Shown: in pieces, positions 5,875-7,431 of the stretch
Numbering within the stretch: position 1 is the first letter of the stretch
Layout of the letters: every line of letters starts with the position of its first letter
Source: a virus
Lineage: Duplodnaviria; Heunggongvirae; Uroviricota; Caudoviricetes
Length of the DNA: 7,431 nucleotides
Virus record (IMG/VR): IMGVR_UViG_2571042053_000009
Strand: one strand, 5' to 3'
Position numbers and translations under genes: made by a program
The notes under the pieces: generated by a model
Databases searched by the model: none
What the model saw: the letters and a program-made list of their open reading frames with translations, nothing else
Told to the model about the DNA's origin: nothing

Positions 5875-6777
5875 ATGACCACTATTACCAAAGAACGTAT
5901 TGAATTGTTCATTAAAAATCCGCTTGAAAACGGGCTTACCCGTGGTGAACAAATGGAACTGGCACGGATTGCGCTGGCATCGCTGGAAGCAGATCCAGTT
6001 AAACGAGTTAACTCAGATCAGATGCGCCGAGTCTGCTTAGAAGCTAATCGCCATTTAGATAAATATGACGCGATGGCGAAAGAGGTAAATAAGTTGCTTG
6101 GACGCATCGCCCCGCCAGCGCCGGTAGTGCCGGAAGAAGCAACTCCGGAAAACGTAGAAATGCTCTCTGGCTATGTTTCCACGTACAAATTAACCGATAG
6201 CGAGCGCGATATTGCTGCCGAAATATGGAACGCCTGCCGCACCGCCATGCTTCAGTCCGGAAACTTTCGGGAAAGCAAGAATTCGTCAACCAATAATTTT
6301 CGGGAAATCCCGGAAGCGTCAACCAGCTCTCCGGTAACTCCGGCTCTTCTGCCTGGTGGTTTCACCATTGAGGAGGCGAAGGAATTACATGAAGACCTGG
6401 TACGCAGCCACATAAGCAAGGCCTTAAGTGGCGAAAAGATGAAAAAGAAAGATCGCGATGCTGATTTGCGCTGGATTCATGGCGTTATAGTTCAGGCAGC
6501 GTGGTTTGTAAAAGCATCACTGGAGCAGAATGCACTATCGGGCAACTATCCGGTAACTCCGGATAGTTGGATAAGCTGTAGTGAGCGAATGCCGGATACC
6601 AAAACAGCCGTTCTTGTTGCCAGGGAGTTTGACAGGAAAGGTGACTGGCGAATGAAATGGGCTACTTACATCCCGGGGCATCCTGACGCTAATGATGGGT
6701 GGATAATTCCTGGTGCGTCGTGGAAACCGTCACACTGGATGCCGCTACCAGAACCGCCGCAGGAGGTGCGCCAATGA
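5875..6777 (+). CDS. phage protein with DUF551-like C-terminal domain, 300 aa
   Basis: Strong RBS AAGGAG. The C-terminal segment (MPDTKTAVLVAREFDRKGDWR...WMPLPEPP) resembles the DUF551 domain common in enterobacterial prophage proteins (recalled, not verified). Confidence 0.75.
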   Translation: MTTITKERIELFIKNPLENGLTRGEQMELARIALASLEADPVKRVNSDQMRRVCLEANRHLDKYDAMAKEVNKLLGRIAPPAPVVPEEATPENVEMLSGYVSTYKLTDSERDIAAEIWNACRTAMLQSGNFRESKNSSTNNFREIPEASTSSPVTPALLPGGFTIEEAKELHEDLVRSHISKALSGEKMKKKDRDADLRWIHGVIVQAAWFVKASLEQNALSGNYPVTPDSWISCSERMPDTKTAVLVAREFDRKGDWRMKWATYIPGHPDANDGWIIPGASWKPSHWMPLPEPPQEVRQ

Positions 6778-6857
6778 TCTGGCCTGAAGCCTTTGCAATT
6801 ACAGGCGTTGCTATAGCTATTGATTTTTTAGTATATGTTATTTGTCGGTGGGGGTAA
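6774..6857 (+). CDS. candidate hydrophobic mini-protein, 27 aa (MIWPEAFAITGVAIAIDFLVYVICRWG)
   Basis: ATG overlaps the stop of the DUF551-like gene (ATGA) with AGGAGG 7 nt upstream. Single predicted transmembrane helix. Below the ORF-track cutoff. Confidence 0.35.
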   Translation: MIWPEAFAITGVAIAIDFLVYVICRWG

Positions 6858-6892
6858 AAACGTTCGCCGGGATTCACACCAAAGGAGGGAAT

Positions 6893-6997
6893 ATGTCGGA
6901 TGATATTTCACTGGCAATGGAAGGTGCTCTGGCTGTTATTGCTGTTGTGGGCGTTTACTGCCTGGTTGTGTTTTTGATGGATCGACTAGGGAACTGA
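6893..6997 (+). CDS. candidate hydrophobic mini-protein, 34 aa (MSDDISLAMEGALAVIAVVGVYCLVVFLMDRLGN)
   Basis: Strong SD AAAGGAGGGA 3-12 nt upstream of ATG 6893. Single predicted transmembrane helix. Below the ORF-track cutoff. Confidence 0.4.
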   Translation: MSDDISLAMEGALAVIAVVGVYCLVVFLMDRLGN

Positions 6998-7005
6998 ATT
7001 CATTA

Positions 7006-7027
7006 CGATATGGGAATTCCCATATCG
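7006..7027. repeat. perfect 22-bp palindrome CGATATGGGAATTCCCATATCG
   Basis: Exact reverse-complement symmetry, 9 bp after the 34-aa ORF stop and upstream of the hok leader. No flanking T-run on either strand, so more likely a protein-binding site than a terminator. Confidence 0.5.
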
Positions 7028-7085
7028 GGTAAAAACGGTTTGCGGTAAAGCGAGAGTTAAGTAGAATTGCTGCGGGTGCTTGAGG

Positions 7086-7121
7086 CTGTCTGCCTCGGGC
7101 ATGCCACCGTAAGGCAGACAG
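7086..7121 (+). promoter_or_regulatory. structured element in the hok leader: 10-bp inverted repeat enclosing the GGCATGCC palindrome
   Basis: CTGTCTGCCT (7086..7095) pairs with AGGCAGACAG (7112..7121). hok-family mRNAs are known to rely on extensive 5' secondary structure; assigning this to a named element is inference. Confidence 0.3.
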
Positions 7122-7242
7122 AGAAAAGCCCCAGTTAACATTACGCGTCCTGCAAGACGCCTAACATTAATCTGAGGCCAATTTCATGCTAGACACATGT
7201 AGGTTAGCCTCTTACGTGCCGAAAGGCAAGGAGAAGCAGGCT

Positions 7243-7398
7243 ATGAAGCAGCAAAAGGCGATGTTAATCGCCCTGATCGTCATCTGTTTAACCGTCATAG
7301 TGACGGCACTGGTAACGAGGAAAGACCTCTGCGAGGTACGAATCCGAACCGGCCAGACGGAGGTCGCTGTCTTCACAGCTTACGAACCTGAGGAGTAA
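7243..7398 (+). CDS. hokD: Hok/Gef-family type I toxin, 51 aa
   Basis: Translation MKQQKAMLIALIVICLTVIVTALVTRKDLCEVRIRTGQTEVAVFTAYEPEE matches my recollection of HokD (RelF): TM helix plus conserved RKxLCE motif. An in-frame upstream ATG at 7186 gives the 70-codon ORF in the track; this may be a mok-like leader frame. Confidence 0.85.
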   Translation: MKQQKAMLIALIVICLTVIVTALVTRKDLCEVRIRTGQTEVAVFTAYEPEE

Positions 7399-7405
7399 GA
7401 GACCA

Positions 7406-7427
7406 GGCGGGGGAGAAATCCCTCGCC
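7406..7427 (+). other. 3' stem-loop of the hok transcript (GGCGGGGGA-GAAA-TCCCTCGCC)
   Basis: 9-bp stem with one G-U pair, 8 nt after the hok stop. hok-family mRNAs carry 3' fold-back elements; the window ends at 7431, so any downstream U-run is not visible. Confidence 0.35.
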
Positions 7428-7431
7428 ACCT

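Noticed and set aside
5395-5952. Minus-strand ORFs 5395..5673 and 5746..5952
   Set aside because: Antisense to the 45-aa and 87-aa ORFs and to the start of the DUF551-like gene, with no SD; the first is highly hydrophobic as expected for the antisense of an AT-rich region.
6044-6877. Minus-strand ORFs 6044..6322 and 6689..6877
   Set aside because: Antisense to the DUF551-like gene and the 27-aa mini-ORF. The sequence upstream of 6877 on the minus strand is CCTCC-rich (the complement of the plus-strand SD), not an SD.
1-7431. CRISPR arrays, tRNA/rRNA genes, integrase, transposase or IS elements
   Set aside because: No short direct repeats with regular spacers, no tRNA-like conserved arms (for example GGTTCGAATCC-type T-arms), and no large recombinase or transposase ORFs are present in the window.

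Overview
This window reads as the immunity, replication and accessory region of a Rac-like lambdoid prophage of an Escherichia/Shigella-type host; all homology calls are recalled from memory, not searched. Leftwards on the minus strand lie two tiny early genes (YdaF-like, YdaG-like) and a DicA/RacR-type repressor (581..1045) with its own terminator. Rightwards run a Cro-like YdaS-family gene, a YdaT-like gene, an O-like replication initiator carrying iteron-like palindromes, and a DnaC-like helicase loader. Downstream is a run of uncharacterised genes (two winged-helix proteins, a Cys/His-cluster protein, several small proteins), a 300-aa protein with a DUF551-like C-terminus, two tandem unannotated hydrophobic mini-ORFs, a perfect 22-bp palindrome, and a hok-family type I toxin locus with its structured leader. 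No rRNA, tRNA, CRISPR array or transposase was seen. The most promising unexplained candidates are the uncharacterised cluster at 3473..5349 and the small membrane-peptide modules at 5462..5864 and 6774..6997.
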